Source of the DNA: Balanoglossus misakiensis
Taxonomy: Eukaryota; Animalia; Hemichordata
Direction: 5' to 3'
DNA length: 64,000 nt
Assembly: GCA_040954595.2 (NCBI GenBank)
Contig: CM082577.2
Location: forward strand, 1,364,001-1,428,000
Made by a program: the position numbers and the translations under genes. Below, piece after piece: positions 1 through 27,928 of this stretch; within the stretch, counting starts at the first letter, position 1; each line of letters begins with the position of its first letter. Below the pieces are notes generated by a model that was not told the DNA's origin, did no database searches, and worked only from the letters and a program-made list of their open reading frames with translations.

Positions 1-13
1 TACCGGTGAACAC

Positions 14-3000
14 ATGGCAGGTAAGATATCGTACAAGTGTGATTTTACAAATTTATTTTTTATCGAGCTGTCTTGATGGAGTGAATGATACATGTAGGGT
101 ACCGTTTGGTGATAGAGGCCATGTCGAGGAAGCAGGAAGTGTTGAGACTTCATTTTTCGCCGCTGCTCAATTTCTTTAGTATGAAAATCTGCAGTCTGCG
201 CCTGCAGTAATTTTACCAAAACCATTTCGTACACAATTTGTTATTTTTAAACGTACACCACCAATGTAAACACTCCGACAAAATTACATAATATTCGCAA
301 AATATCTTTTGTTGACATTGGCAGGAAAGAGGAAGCCAGTTCCGCGGAATTGGACATGCCTTCCACCCACAACATAGCAATATAAATATGTTTAAATATG
401 AATTTAATATGTTAAGTATGATCTCAACTGGTGTGCTGTCAGGAAGTGATCTTGGCGACAAATATTTTCTGAGATTCATTGACAAAAATTCAGATTTGGT
501 AGTGTTCTACAGATGGCCATGAACAGTTAGTAATGGCCATCTGTTCAGTCTATGTAACCAGATCTGACAAAGAGCTCTGAATGTGAAATGTTAAAGGCAC
601 GTAAGCTGTAACTTTTGGGATAATTTTCATAATTTTTGTTTCAAACTGCACTACCATTAGTCCATGCAGATGAAGGCAGTGAACTATGAACAAGCATTAT
701 AAACCCTAAATATGAGTGCATATGCAAGTTTTAACCAGATAAATAATAAAGCTTTGCCGCAAGCGATTATGGCCGCCACCGTGGGAATATGCAAGAAACA
801 ATGAAAATGTTGCATTTCCGGTTATGAAACTTCATAAACAAAACATGACCTCATCCACTTGAGCTCATGGAAGTAAATGTACACCACTGAGACATCAGAT
901 TTTCACTTTTCATTGCAATATTGCACTTTTTTAAAAATTTCAGGAATTTTCGTTTTTCTTTAATTTTTGGCCATTTTGTCATAAATAAGTGTTGAGCTTG
1001 ATATATTATCATGAAATAGCATTTAATAGATATAATTAAAAGCATATATGAGATTATTTAAAACATTGATTTTTTATCCAGTTGCAGCTTACGTGCCTTT
1101 AAGTGAGTATTTTACAAGTTGCAGTGCATTTGAGTGAGCGAATTGCTGTCAGGAATAGAATTTTAAAAAATGTATTATATTTTGTTGCCAAGGATGCTGA
1201 TGATCATGCAGAATGTATCAGTGTTCGCAATTTGATGGGAACATGCAACACAGATGCAGGATGTGTAACTGTTACAAAGTCTTCATAGAAAGCTAGATAT
1301 AGCCAATTAGAATCCATCTTAGGGTACATCATGCGTGGCAGGGCTGTCTCACATCGCCGTAAGACACAGCCCTGCCACACAGAGCAGCTAATCATGGTAC
1401 CGTGTTACCGACACACGCACAAATGTAGAGACAGGGTCTCCAGATTATCTGCATTTGTACTCCGTTGTATTGTATTCCTCTTTACAGATCTAACTCCTGA
1501 AGAAGAAGAGCTTCTGGTTGAAATAAGAAAAAAGAAAGAACAACTGATGAGAGAAATTCAGGTAAGTAGGCAGGGGAAAAAAGACTGGGAATTCGCAAGT
1601 GTCTCCATTGATGTTAATTAATGGAACCATTTTATTACACAGGAAAGACCCAGAGCTCTATGAGACTACATAATGTCTTGGAAAATTAATGTGTATCAAC
1701 ATTTCCAAGACAACTTTTTGGTACAAAGTATATTGGGGGGGGGGGGGGGGGGGGAGTAGGGGTATATAGATACGCTTCAGTTGTACATTTTGTAAATTGT
1801 TTTATTGACTTATTGGCCAATTTTCTGAATAAACTGTTTAGGCAGGAAGGCATCTAGTCATGAAATCAGTGAAAGTTGAAAGAATGTCAAGATGCGGTTC
1901 ATTGCTCGGTGTGTTACTGTCAAGAGGTCAAGTAACTACATTGAACTAACATTATGTTAATTTATTAGTTATGAGGAAGTGTGCTGTAACTATTTTCTGA
2001 CTATTCTATCCAGTAGTGCTCCTAGTCTTCAAGGGATGGCTGCGTTACAGTTTCCTCAAGATTGTTTTATCACCAGTATGGCCTGTAATTGAATGATACA
2101 CCTACATATACAGTCAGCATCCACAGCCCACATCAAATTCTTCCCTGCTGTGTTTGCCTGAAATTAAATAACATTGTGTTGATTGCCTCATGCTGGCTGC
2201 CCAACTAGGGCACCAGGAGGGCCAGTAATTTGATGTGTGGTAATTGTCAATTACCAGCCTTGTGTTTATTGTCTTTCGCTTTTCTTGGTAGCCTTCTGCA
2301 GGAAGTGTTTATTTATAAAGTCAGGGTGTGCACTTCCTGATAACCATTAGGCTACCATAATGTTAGTTTGATGTACTTGTTTGACCTCTCACAGTGACCC
2401 AGTGGGCGATGGACCCGCATCTTCATATTCTGTCAACTTTCATCAATTTCATGACTGGATTATTTCCTGTCAAAACATAAGCCACAGTTTAGAGTTTTGT
2501 GGTTAAAATGTATGGTGAATGAGAGAAGAGTCATTGACTTTCAAAAAGAGCATGAGATGATCAGTCCACTGAATCAGCTGTTAGACAAGTTGGCCCAGTT
2601 GATGTAAACATATATGGAAAGTTTTGTAATGAGGTGATTCAGCCAAGGTTGAGTGGTTTCTTATAGCACGAAAGGGTGATAGGCCCAGCCTCAATTTTTT
2701 GTATCTGGAAGTAATTGTGAATGCATGTGACTTGGCCTTGCCTTGTCAGCCCTCTTGGGACTTGTAACACTGTCCCTGTGAATTCTACTTCAACAGAAAA
2801 TTTATCCATGGTATATAATAAAGTTTACTCAACAATAATACTGATAACAGTAAAGTGTAGACCAATGATAATTTCTAATAAGTTGTTTCTTTATTTTGCT
2901 AACAGCAACTGAAAGATGAGATAGCTGATGTTAATGATGAACTCATGAAGACCCATGAAATAGACGATAGCAGGTAAGCCAGTCTTGGTATTGTCCATGC

Positions 3001-6000
3001 AAATTCAACTCGAAATTCTACTTTCATATCATTTGTTGTTTGCATCATGTGATGTTTATGATCATATGTATGCAACTTTTCAGTCTTACATGTATCTGAA
3101 AAAAATCATAAATGCAGTAGATCAATAGTAAGTCATGTCATTCATACAGTGAAACATGTAGTAATTGGTTTTGTTTGTATCTTCATTTAATTATGAAGTG
3201 GCAAGACTGATATCAGAACCAGAAGAATGATGACTGGCACAAGGAAGTTTAACATGGATCCCAAAAAGGTAAACAAAACTATTCAGTGTATGTTTTCCTG
3301 TCATCCAGAAACTCTTTCTCTAAAACAAGCAATAATGCATTTAACTGTCAGTCAGAGTGGCAAAAGTTAATAATCATATTCTTGTTTTCTGATGCAGGGT
3401 ATAGAATATCTGATAGAGAATGACTTGCTGAAAGAGACTCCAGACAATGTGGCACAGTTTCTGTACAAAGGAGAAGGTCTGAATAAGACTGCTATTGGGG
3501 ACTACTTAGGAGAAAAGTAAGTGCAATCCCCAGCTCACAATTCATGCTTATTATGTCACTCTTACAGCCAATTTCCCCATCATATATAAAGTGAATGTTT
3601 TCATACTTGCTCTCTGTGTTTGATTTCAGGAAAGATTTCAACATCGCAGTGATGGAAGCCTTTGTTGGACTTCATGAATTTGCTGATATGATTCTTGTGC
3701 AGGCACTTCGGTAAGTCAACCCAGTCTACAACATCAACATTAATTGAAGTAATCCCTCCCTATGTCCCACCCCTGATGGGTAACTTGTAGAAATGACATG
3801 TCTCATCTCATCGACAGCAAAGTCATGAATTTTTGTTTCACTGATTTGCAGACAATTCTTATGGAGTTTTCGATTGCCTGGGGAAGCACAGAAGATAGAT
3901 AGGTTAATGGAGGCATTTGCTAAGAGATATTGTGAAAGCAATCCTGCAATCTTTACAACAACTGGTAAGTCTGTTCTCGTTGTGCACTGTGGTATTTAAA
4001 AGTGCCTTGGGTTTTTGTGTATTAAAAATCTGTGTTCTTGCAGCCTATAGTTGACCATGGTTTTAGATTCAATACATGAATGTCAGTACCTACATGTAAC
4101 ACCATGACCAGTAACCTGTAGGCCAAGTGTCAATGCCAATGTCTGGATGAGTTATTCACTGAAGGCCACATTGCTCGTACAGTGACCTTCTTGATCCAAG
4201 CATCAGCAACTGTTGGCGGTCAACTTACAGTCAGTGGCATTGAGACCAACTGTTGTAATATCTCCAAACTAGTCAGAAAATACAGTACCCTTATGATTTC
4301 CTCTTTTGCAGACACCTGTTATGTTCTCTCATTTGCCATTATCATGTTAAATACAAGTCTGCACAATCCTAGTGTGCGAGATAAACCTGCTGTTGAAAGG
4401 TTTATTGATATGAACAGAGGAATAAACGATGGCGGAGATCTCCCCAGGGAGCTGCTGGAGGTGGGTTTCTATTGTCACGTTTTTAGTCAAACCTGCATTA
4501 GCGGCCACCTCTATATAAGTGACCACTCTGTTACAGTCCCTGGGCAATTAACATGTACATTAATTGACCTGTCTATAAAGGCCACCTGTCTATGAAGGCA
4601 AGTTTAGGAAAGTCCCTGACTGGCCACTGTAGACAGCTTTGACTGTATCGGTAGAAATAAAAGCACAGTAAATTACATGTAAGCAAATCTGATTGAAATG
4701 TTTGCATGCTAAAACAAATGAGTCTGTACTTCACACAGACGTAATGAAGAGAGAGAGAGCAGTTTGTCAGATAAACTTGATTTCTCACACTTATTTTTTT
4801 ACAGAGTTTGTATGAAAGCATAAAGAAAGAACCGTTTAAGATTCCTGATGATGATGGCAATGATCTGACTCACACTTTCTTCAACCCTGACAAAGAAGGA
4901 TGGCTCATGAAGCAAGGTGAGTTTGTCTTTCTCTCTCTCTCATGCCTGGCGTGTCACTACATCCTATCATTGTCTTCCACTCGTTAATATAGCATGCCAG
5001 TCTGTCGTTACATACTTTACAGTCAATTAATAATATGTAACTTATCTGTGTGTGATATCGTAATTAACTGCTTCACCGTAATGTCAAGATATTTTCATCA
5101 TCACACAAACATACATGTTGAATAGAATTCAGATTACAGCCTTGATCTTGATATGTCCAGAGATATAGGAACTGATGAATGACCTAAAAAATTCAGGTTA
5201 AGGTCATCCCCCACCTCTGTTTACCTTTCAGTCTCCTCAACATTGTTGATATTGAACTCTTGAATGTTAGCAATGGCATATGTCAAGGTCATGAACACAT
5301 AAAGTTTTACGGAAATCACAGAGACGATGTTACCTCTGTAGAAAATATTGTTTTATTTGAGAACACATTCACGGCGATGGCTTTATTAACAAATTCAAAG
5401 ACATTCATTCTGTGGAACGACAAACGTTTTTGAAAATAGTCATCATGCCATCAGAAAGCTTTGTTAATTGTACTGATAGTTGACCATGGCTGAACTAACT
5501 GGATGGCTCGTGGTTGTCTCAGTAACATAGGCTGACTAAAATGCATGTTTTCATGGCATGTATGTGTGTACCCATATTCACCAGATAGGGGACCATCACA
5601 TGTTGTATTGTATGTGTGTAGAATTCCATGCTAGTGTAACATTTTGTGTTGTCAATGTGCCGAAACACCACAATGTGACATGTCATGACGTAATGTGCTG
5701 TACTCTGCAGTGTACTGTTGTGTTATAGTGTGGCGCATTCTGTGAAGTGACATGCCTCATTGTGGTGTTGTGCTGCATAGCATATCTGACCCCCATATTC
5801 CATGTGAATGTTACTGCACTTCATCCATAATGCATGCAATGTCTATCCCATTCTCAATTCATTCCATCAGCTACTGCTGAGACTGCAAAGCAAATGCACC
5901 TCTCTGCAATGCTTCATCACAAAATTCACTGTAAATATCAAATGTCATCATCTTCATTTCATCATTCACTGGATAACAAATAAATTCCTCGGTATTTGAT

Positions 6001-8559
6001 GGGTAAATAAAGATTCCATAAAATCGAACTATTAATGGTGATGTTTGATTCTGAAGTCCCTTTTATCAATAATGGACCAAATTGGAATCATTGAAACATT
6101 TTAAAAAATGTTGTATTGACAAGCTAACCTCTTTCTGACGATTACCCATCATTCTCTGCTTCTTTTCTCTTGTTTCTAAACACATACTGGCTCTCTGGCA
6201 AATTTAAATGCTTATTATGAAACCAGGAGGTTAGTTGCAGACACAAAATCTTTCCTTGGGTTTATCAGTGTTGTTTTTTTTCTTCCCTTCTTGTAACATA
6301 GTGTGCATGTAAAATATTCTTTGGTGTGCATGTGTAGGTTGCAGATACATACATGTACCTGCAGGTTTGGTTTTTTTTATCTGACAAAGCTTTCTGTATT
6401 AGTCATATTAATGGATACTTTATTGAGTTTGGATTGGTTTAACCCTTTCACCCCCAGTTCCCGCTTAAGAGGTCCGACCTCATCATAGAAAACAATGGAT
6501 TTGGGTTGAACCATTGTGGTGAAAGGGTTAATTTTCAATGCTTGGTAGGGTTTTAATCTCCAATGTGCCATGCAGTAATAGTCTACCGATCAAGATGTTT
6601 TGAATTCAGTTTTGTAACATAATCGTTTGGTTCAGAATGTTGTAGATGAGCTCCAACTCAATCCCTTGACTGTTATTTGATAATTTTGAAGATACAAGTC
6701 CTGACAATTTGACTCATGACATTTGTGCTGTACAGCTAATCGCATGTAAATAGTATGTGTTTTTCAGCTAAAAATGGGTGAATGTAAATTCTGCTAGGCT
6801 ACAGTAATGTTAGAATTTACTAGTCTCACATCGCTGTGACATTTATTAGTCTGTCAGTGGCCTGACATTGTGTTATTGCAGTTTGATCAGCGTTTTTGCC
6901 TGACACTTTCTGACATTCACATTATGCTAGTGGGACAGCTGGCCTTTCATTAGAGTGTCATTGCACTGACATTTAGTGTTATGCTAGTAAGGCTGAGGGT
7001 GTCACCAATCTCACATTAATGTTACACTAATGTTTCATTGTTCTGACACTTGTGTTATGCCAGTATGAGACACACAGTGTCACTTGGCTCACATTAGTGT
7101 AACATTAATCTAAAAATCATTAGTGTTACACTTGTATGACTCACTTGTCTGACAGTGGAAGTTCACTAGTGTCACATTAGCATCACACCCGTCATGATAT
7201 GTTTTCCGACGCCAAATGTTGCATAAATGAAAGTGTTCCAACACTAGTCTAACAACAGCATTGACTGCAATTTGACATTAGTCTATCACTGAGCTGACAT
7301 CAATGTCAAACTAGCCTGATTCTGCTAGTAATGTTACACTAACATGACCAATTCTTTTCAAGGCTTGCCCACAATTTTCATAGACATGATTGACACATAA
7401 TACTGACTCTTCTGCACAGCAGCATGTGACATACGAAAGACTCGATCGCATCATTTGTTTATCAATACATGTTTTATCACTAACCTCTTTGTTCTGCCAT
7501 GATCCCTTGCTGTATTTTCACAGGTGGTAGAGTGAAAAACTGGAAGAGAAGGTGGTTTATTTTAACAGATAATTGTTTGTATTATTTTGAATACACAACG
7601 GTGAGTAGACTGAACTTTTCACCTTGCTATTTGCATTTTCTTTGTCCAGCGGCTATGTAAGCATTTTGAAACATTCTTTCAAAGTCTAGCCAGAATTTCT
7701 TTCACATACTTGTGTATCCTATGCATTGTTTGTGTGTGTATCATGTGTGTGTGTACAGTATGTGTGTTAATTTACTAATTTACATTTTGTCTTGCAGGAT
7801 AAAGAACCCCGTGGTATCATTCCCTTGGAAAATCTCCAAGTCAAATGTATTGATGACAGCAAAAAAGCTGTAAGTGTTAGCAGCTTAATGGACCGATAGT
7901 TCACAGTGATTTTGTAGAGCAAAACAATAGTGATACCAATTGAAGAAAAAGGGACATGAGTGTTGTTATAAAGTTATTCAGGCACGATGTCACTTTCTTC
8001 AATGATTTGTATATTTTGATTTGTTTTGCAGTGGTCTTTTGAGCTGTATTCAGATGATGAGAAAGAGGTCATTAAAGCTTGCAAGACTGATAAAGATGGC
8101 AAGGTTGTCGAAGGTGAGTCCTGGCCTCTTTCATGAATATGTTACGAATGGGTGGGTCTGTCACCCAGTAGAGTATTTAAAGAGTGTGTTAGTGTACATT
8201 CTATGGTGTTTGAAGAAATTGAGATGTGTTTTGATATCTTTAGGGAGACATCAAGTGTATAGGATGTCTGCAGGCTCAGAAGAGGAACGAGAGATTTGGA
8301 TTAAGTGTATCAGGTAATTATTGTCTTCAGTTCTTGCAAAGTAGTAGAATCACTTTTCCTCTGATCTTTGAAGGACTACAGTATTCTGCTAATTTACACA
8401 AACGATTTGTCACAAAATAAATAAATTCCATTGAACACTAAATCAGTTTGTTGAAGGCGACTCATGTATTGTTTTTATGTTCACAGAGCCAGTATCAGCA
8501 AGGATCCGTTTTATGACATGTTGGTAGCCAGGAAGAAGAAAGCCACGCACAAAATGTAA
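14..8559 (+). CDS. CYTH: Cytohesin (ARNO/GRP1 family) ARF guanine-nucleotide exchange factor: coiled coil, Sec7, PH, polybasic tail; about 388-389 aa, spliced
   Basis: Exons joined in consistent phase at GT-AG sites: 14-20, 1488-1561, 2906-2973, 3199-3268, 3398-3516, 3630-3710, 3852-3964, 4312-4460, 4805-4916, (microexon 6227-6229), 7524-7600, 7798-7869, 8032-8113, 8244-8313, 8487-8559 (TAA). Translation includes [42 protein letters not shown], the Sec7 motif [26 protein letters not shown], the PH motif EGWLMKQGG(G)[10 protein letters not shown], and [13 protein letters not shown]. The frame is open upstream of ATG14, so the true start could lie just left of the window. Confidence 0.96.
595..1098. 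mobile_element. Non-autonomous TIR element (MITE) with TTAA target duplication, Kolobok/T2-like AGG termini
   Basis: ttaa|AGGCACGTAAGCTGTAACT ... AGTTGCAGCTTACGTGCCT|ttaa. The inverted repeat matches at 18/19 bp and TTAA lies on both sides (591-594, 1099-1102). No transposase ORF; located in cytohesin intron 1. Confidence 0.85.
1735..1754 (+). repeat. poly-G tract (~20 nt)
   Basis: Run of G in cytohesin intron 2. Confidence 0.9.
4485..4647. mobile_element. Degenerate short TIR element (Tc1/mariner-pogo-like MITE remnant)
   Basis: Left end agtcaaacctgcattagcggcca; the right end reverse-complements to tacagtcaaagctgtctacagtggcca. Internal repeats of ggccacct/acctgtctat. Confidence 0.5.
6227..6229 (+). 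CDS. CYTH: 3-nt alternative microexon (GAG) of cytohesin adding a third glycine to the PH beta1-beta2 loop
   Basis: The sequence reads aaccag|GAG|gttagt inside the 2.6-kb intron between ...AAG CAA G and GT GGT AGA. It is preceded by a ctaac branch-like site (~6124), a pyrimidine tract and about 100 nt with no AG. Confidence 0.82.
6443..6527. mobile_element. Tiny piggyBac-like MITE (85 bp) with TTAA target duplication
   Basis: ttaa|CCCTTTCACC ... GGTGAAAGGG|ttaa; CCC/GGG termini inside a TTAA duplication. Confidence 0.75.
6800..7350. repeat. Degenerate intronic tandem/inverted repeat rich in tgacatt/acattagtgt/acactagt motifs
   Basis: Many imperfect copies of (c)tgacatt(a)gtgtta and its complement across about 550 bp. 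Confidence 0.5.
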
Positions 8560-10038
8560 TGCAGTCAGATGTGAAACCCAAAATTTAGGGCTTCTCTACA
8601 CAATTCCTGCAACATGGACTAATCCACAGTGGGACCGAACCATTTTTTCAGGGATCATAGGGGTGGATTGTTAATTGTTAATTAGAAAGAAGAGTCAGTC
8701 TGTATTTTGTGATTTGACTTCTGATGTGCAATCATGTCAGATTTAAAAACTAGCTTTTGCATGTACATGCATCTTCAATGGGAATAAATAGACTTAGTGA
8801 TTGTCGAGAGTTACTAAAAGTTATGTATGCATCATAGTATGCTCTCTGTGAGAGCAAAGTAGCATTATGATGGCTTAAAGGCCCAATAACAATCCAAAAA
8901 TCAGGATAATCGAAATTCTTTTATTAGAGGGGCAAAATACTATTCATTCTCGTGCATCATATTGATATGGTATTTATGGGGTCAGTAGATTTAAGCAGAA
9001 GAATATGGGGGCTTAGTTTCTTGCATCATCATGTCTTAAAACTCATTTTGAAAGATGCTGATCAATGAGTATGGTGACGGTGGTATTCACATAGAAACTA
9101 TACATAAATATAATATATATATAACGTTCTCTCTATTGTGGGGCTGGTTCCTGCAAACATGTTCTCACACGTCCAATAAAAAAATGATTTGTATTTGAAA
9201 TTTCTTGTGAAAATTATGCAAATTAATTGCAAAATTTTGTTTTTGAAATTGTTAGTGTCAGTGTTCCAGGAATGGACTTTATGGTTATAAACAAATATGT
9301 TTTGAAATCTGTTAGCTTTTTACTTTTTGGCTAATTCCCTGAGTATAGCCATATATCTCCCACGAAACAACTCTATGTTGTACTTATAGGCCTACTTCAG
9401 AATAAATTGTCACAGATAGACAACTGCAGTGTTCTAATGGAATGTTTCACAAAAATGTGTAATTTTTTCTATTCAGTTCTGTGCAGAAATACTGTACAAT
9501 AGTGCATGAAGTTATTCACTAGTGATGTGACAATCTGTGTTGAATGTTATCTTACAATAAACAGTGGTATATACATCAAGTTAAAGTTTTCTTATCTCTG
9601 TATCATATTATTTGAATGCTAGTATCAGGAACCATACCAAGTATGCATGAAATAACACTGACAACACTATCAGGCATTTAAGTGTTTTAATATTTCAGTA
9701 TGGAATTGTCATAAATACAGTACAATTAGTAATAAAATGTTACTGCATCTTGTCACAGTGTACAATAAAGTCTTCAGCTGTTTAACTGTCACAAGACAAG
9801 CTTTAAAGAAGAAGTTTGTCCCCTATGTCATGGTGTGTATGAACTATTGGCAAGGAACACAAACATGACATCTTGAAATGGTGAGAATTCCAGAATCTGG
9901 AAGACTGGTATTTCTGGCATGAAATTTCAAATGACGAGGGTTGGAAAAAATAGAAGGAATGTCAAAACATTTTCATAATTTAAAAGTTAATTCCAAAAAA
10001 ATGATCATTGTCAACTTTGAATGTTTTAATATCAGTTT

Positions 10039-24593
<14,555 letters not shown>

Positions 24594-27500
24594 TTTGATA
24601 AAGTGGAATTAACGAAAGGCGTTGACAGTTGGAGCTGACTTTGGGTGTGGTGGTGTGGTCTACGGGTTCCTGTAATACTGTGTCGGATAATGACCAAACC
24701 ACTCCAACTCTTAATTTGCCCAATTTGCATAACAACAGTCTTCAAGCAAAAGCTGGGTGCCTACAGGTACGCAGTCACGCATGAAGTATTGAGTTACACA
24801 ATGTCTTTTAAGTTGCATATATTAACAAATACCTGGGTAGAATGGGGTTGCGGTGATTAGGGGTGTATTTGTCAAATTCAGTGTCGATGAAAAAAATACG
24901 TGTCTTTCTTTAAATTGTCATTGTTTCCTATAAATCAAGTGAAAATTGACTTGTAAATTCAACGATTATTATTACATTTTGGTGACTTAAGTGACGCCGT
25001 CAAGAAACTCTATAAACAGTGCAATGTTTTTACGGCGTATGAAATATTTCATTGACAAAATCTGACAAGACAGAGCCAAACATAAGAGAGGAGTGATGCT
25101 TGAAACATAAACTTTATTTCCCGTTATCCGCCATTGACACCTAAACAACGCACATGCTTATCACGCTATTTCATCGGAATGTTTGACTACATCTTCACGG
25201 TTGCTTTGAGTTTTCCTGGCAACAATGTAAGAACGTTCACACACACAGGCAAATCAACAGCAAAACGATTCACGCTCGTTTGTATTCCACACAAAGACAT
25301 GATAACAAAGTCACGAATGCGGTGTTGCGATGAGCAACCGGAAGTGCCAGTGAGCAGGAGCCACACCCAAAATCTGTGTGGGCAACTTGGCCCGGATTAG
25401 CGAGGCGAATATTGACGCCACGTATCTGACTATTGTGGATCTCAGTTAGCATCCGTGGTGGGATTTTTATTATACACAAACTTTGCAATATATGAAGAAA
25501 AAACGCTTGGAATCTGACTATATCCTCTCCCAATCTATTGCCAGTTTAGCTGAATACCGTTACACTGACATCTCCAGTGATTGATTCTTCCATGTGACTG
25601 TCGGATACTCCGCGGAGTTTTAGTACACCGGTTTCAGAAATGAGTGATTTACTACTGTACCAATAAGCTAATATAACAACAATAACAATATTGAGACTAA
25701 GGTGTATGATGTAATATAACCGCGGCCTTTGTGGGTTCGAAATATTCTCCCTGATCCTTGGCCATGGGGGGTGGGGGTATTTTGTCAGATTTGGGGCAGA
25801 TAAACGATTGCCTCACTAGCCGGCTGAAACTCCACTCGTTTTCAAATTAAACTATGGTTAGCCAGCTTCTGAACAAAACTTTTGAAATTTAATCCCCCGG
25901 ACCCGCGCGTTGCTAAAGTTGGGTAAGGGGCGATGGCGCTCGGGTCATTGCCTGTTTTCGAATCCGTTTTCGCCCCTCTTTTGTGCCTGTTGCATACGAT
26001 TTCATGCAAACAAGATTAGCAAGGGTCCAAGGTGACCCGCTTCTAAGCCAACAATAGAAAGATCGCGACCAGCTTCTAGTCAAATTTGAATCAGACCCGG
26101 TCAAGAAGAACATACTAGGTAAAGGGTCCACCGATACTTCTAACATACTGCAGTGATTTAAGATCTAAGAATTTGTTGATCCTGTGTGATATTAAGTTAG
26201 ATATGGTGTGTTTTGTGTGAAGTTGTTCGTTTCGGACAGTTTAATCTGGAACTTGCCAGGCAGCTAGATAATGACACGATTTTTAACGTTCCTGTGTCAG
26301 AATCTGCGTCAGATGTCAGATTTTTGTCAGGTGTGTATAGCAGATTATCCGTATCCTGATCTCAACGTTCTTAAAAGGGACACTGGGGATGGCCAATTAC
26401 ATTGAACCCCCCCCCCCCCCCCATGTCCACCCGCCATTCGCATCAAAAGAGTATTACATGTAAACCACTTCGAATTCGACCTTGCCAATCGGGTAAAGTT
26501 CAACAAAATCTTTCAATTTTTTTCGCGAGTCACGCAAATGATGCAGCCGTAAGGATGTCATCAGAAACAAGACTATGAGGAATTTTTGACCAATTCGCTA
26601 CGTGGCCGAATTCATGGGCTCGCATCAACGGTCACAGAGTAGAGTTCATAGTCTCCTCATACATTTCACACAATAGCTGCGTGTCGTTCTCAACAGGTAC
26701 AAGAATTTCTAATGCGATGCTCTTGTTAAGACTGTATAGATGACTCATTTGAAGACTATAAGAACCTCCTAATTGTCCTTGCTTATGAATATTCTGTTAA
26801 GTCGGGCATGTTGTAACATTGTAAAATTTCTTTGTCTTTCAAACTGTTCCTTAGACGCCTGGCAGAGCCACGGCGAATATGGCTTCGCGACGAATTTGAA
26901 CAAGCCCGTAAACCCCTTTCCCCGAAGATATTGAATTTGAGGGACGGTTTAATTGGACTCGTAGTTTGTTGGTGATGTCACTAGAAAATGTGCACTTTGT
27001 CGACGACTAGCTAGATATTGGCGGGAATGAACTTCCATCACATCGCCATTTGGAATCTAGTTAGACTAGTATAAACACGTATCTTAAGTTTTAATTTAAA
27101 CTACAATTGGAAAACAAATCGCAAAGTATTTCCCTTTTCATATACATATGACTGCTCAGAGTTGTGAATGTTTTCTTCAAAATGGAATCAAAACAAGTTT
27201 CAATTCTTTATTGATTGTCATTTACAACTTGTAATCACCTTGTTAAGAAACATTATTGTTAATAAGTTAACAGATCGCTCGAACAACGCATCTTCGAAAG
27301 ATATCCCGTACTGGACATAAAAAATGTGAAGATTGAGTAAAAAAAATCAACTAAATCACATGCTACATGTTCACCACCACTCAATATGAAATTTAAAACA
27401 ATGTGTAACCCGGAGCAACAGACGCAGGTCACTGACCTTCACTCGTAAGCGTTTGTACTCCCAGTGCAGTGTCGTCTGCCAGTCGTCGCCATCTTAGCTA

Positions 27501-27928
27501 CCATGGCAACAAAATAGATCACGCTGGTTTCTGATTATCAAATCCTCCTCCAAAATACCAGGACGTATATTAGTATAAATTAATATATAAACGCAAGTGT
27601 GCTACATGAAATACGGTGTAGACCGTGTACTTGCAAGTTGCAGTCGAAGACATTAAATGTTCGAATCCGTAAAATGTAATCCTCCAGGCCAAACGATCAG
27701 CCAAAATTGAAGATAGTTTCTATCTGTCAAATTTAGCAGAAATTGCCTGCTTTGATTTTTTCCCCCATTTATTTTCCTGATTATTTTCTAATTATAACAG
27801 AGTATGACGACATCGACACCCAATCTTAATAACAATTTGTGATATAAAACACTTGGAAATCCTTTCATGTTAGTCAGAGATACTGGATATTAGCAGAAAT
27901 TGTTTCATTTCATCCAAACGACACTGGA

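Noticed and set aside
25700-25760. gggttcgaa B-box-like motif suggesting a tRNA or SINE
   Set aside because: No A-box at proper spacing and no cloverleaf or tail.
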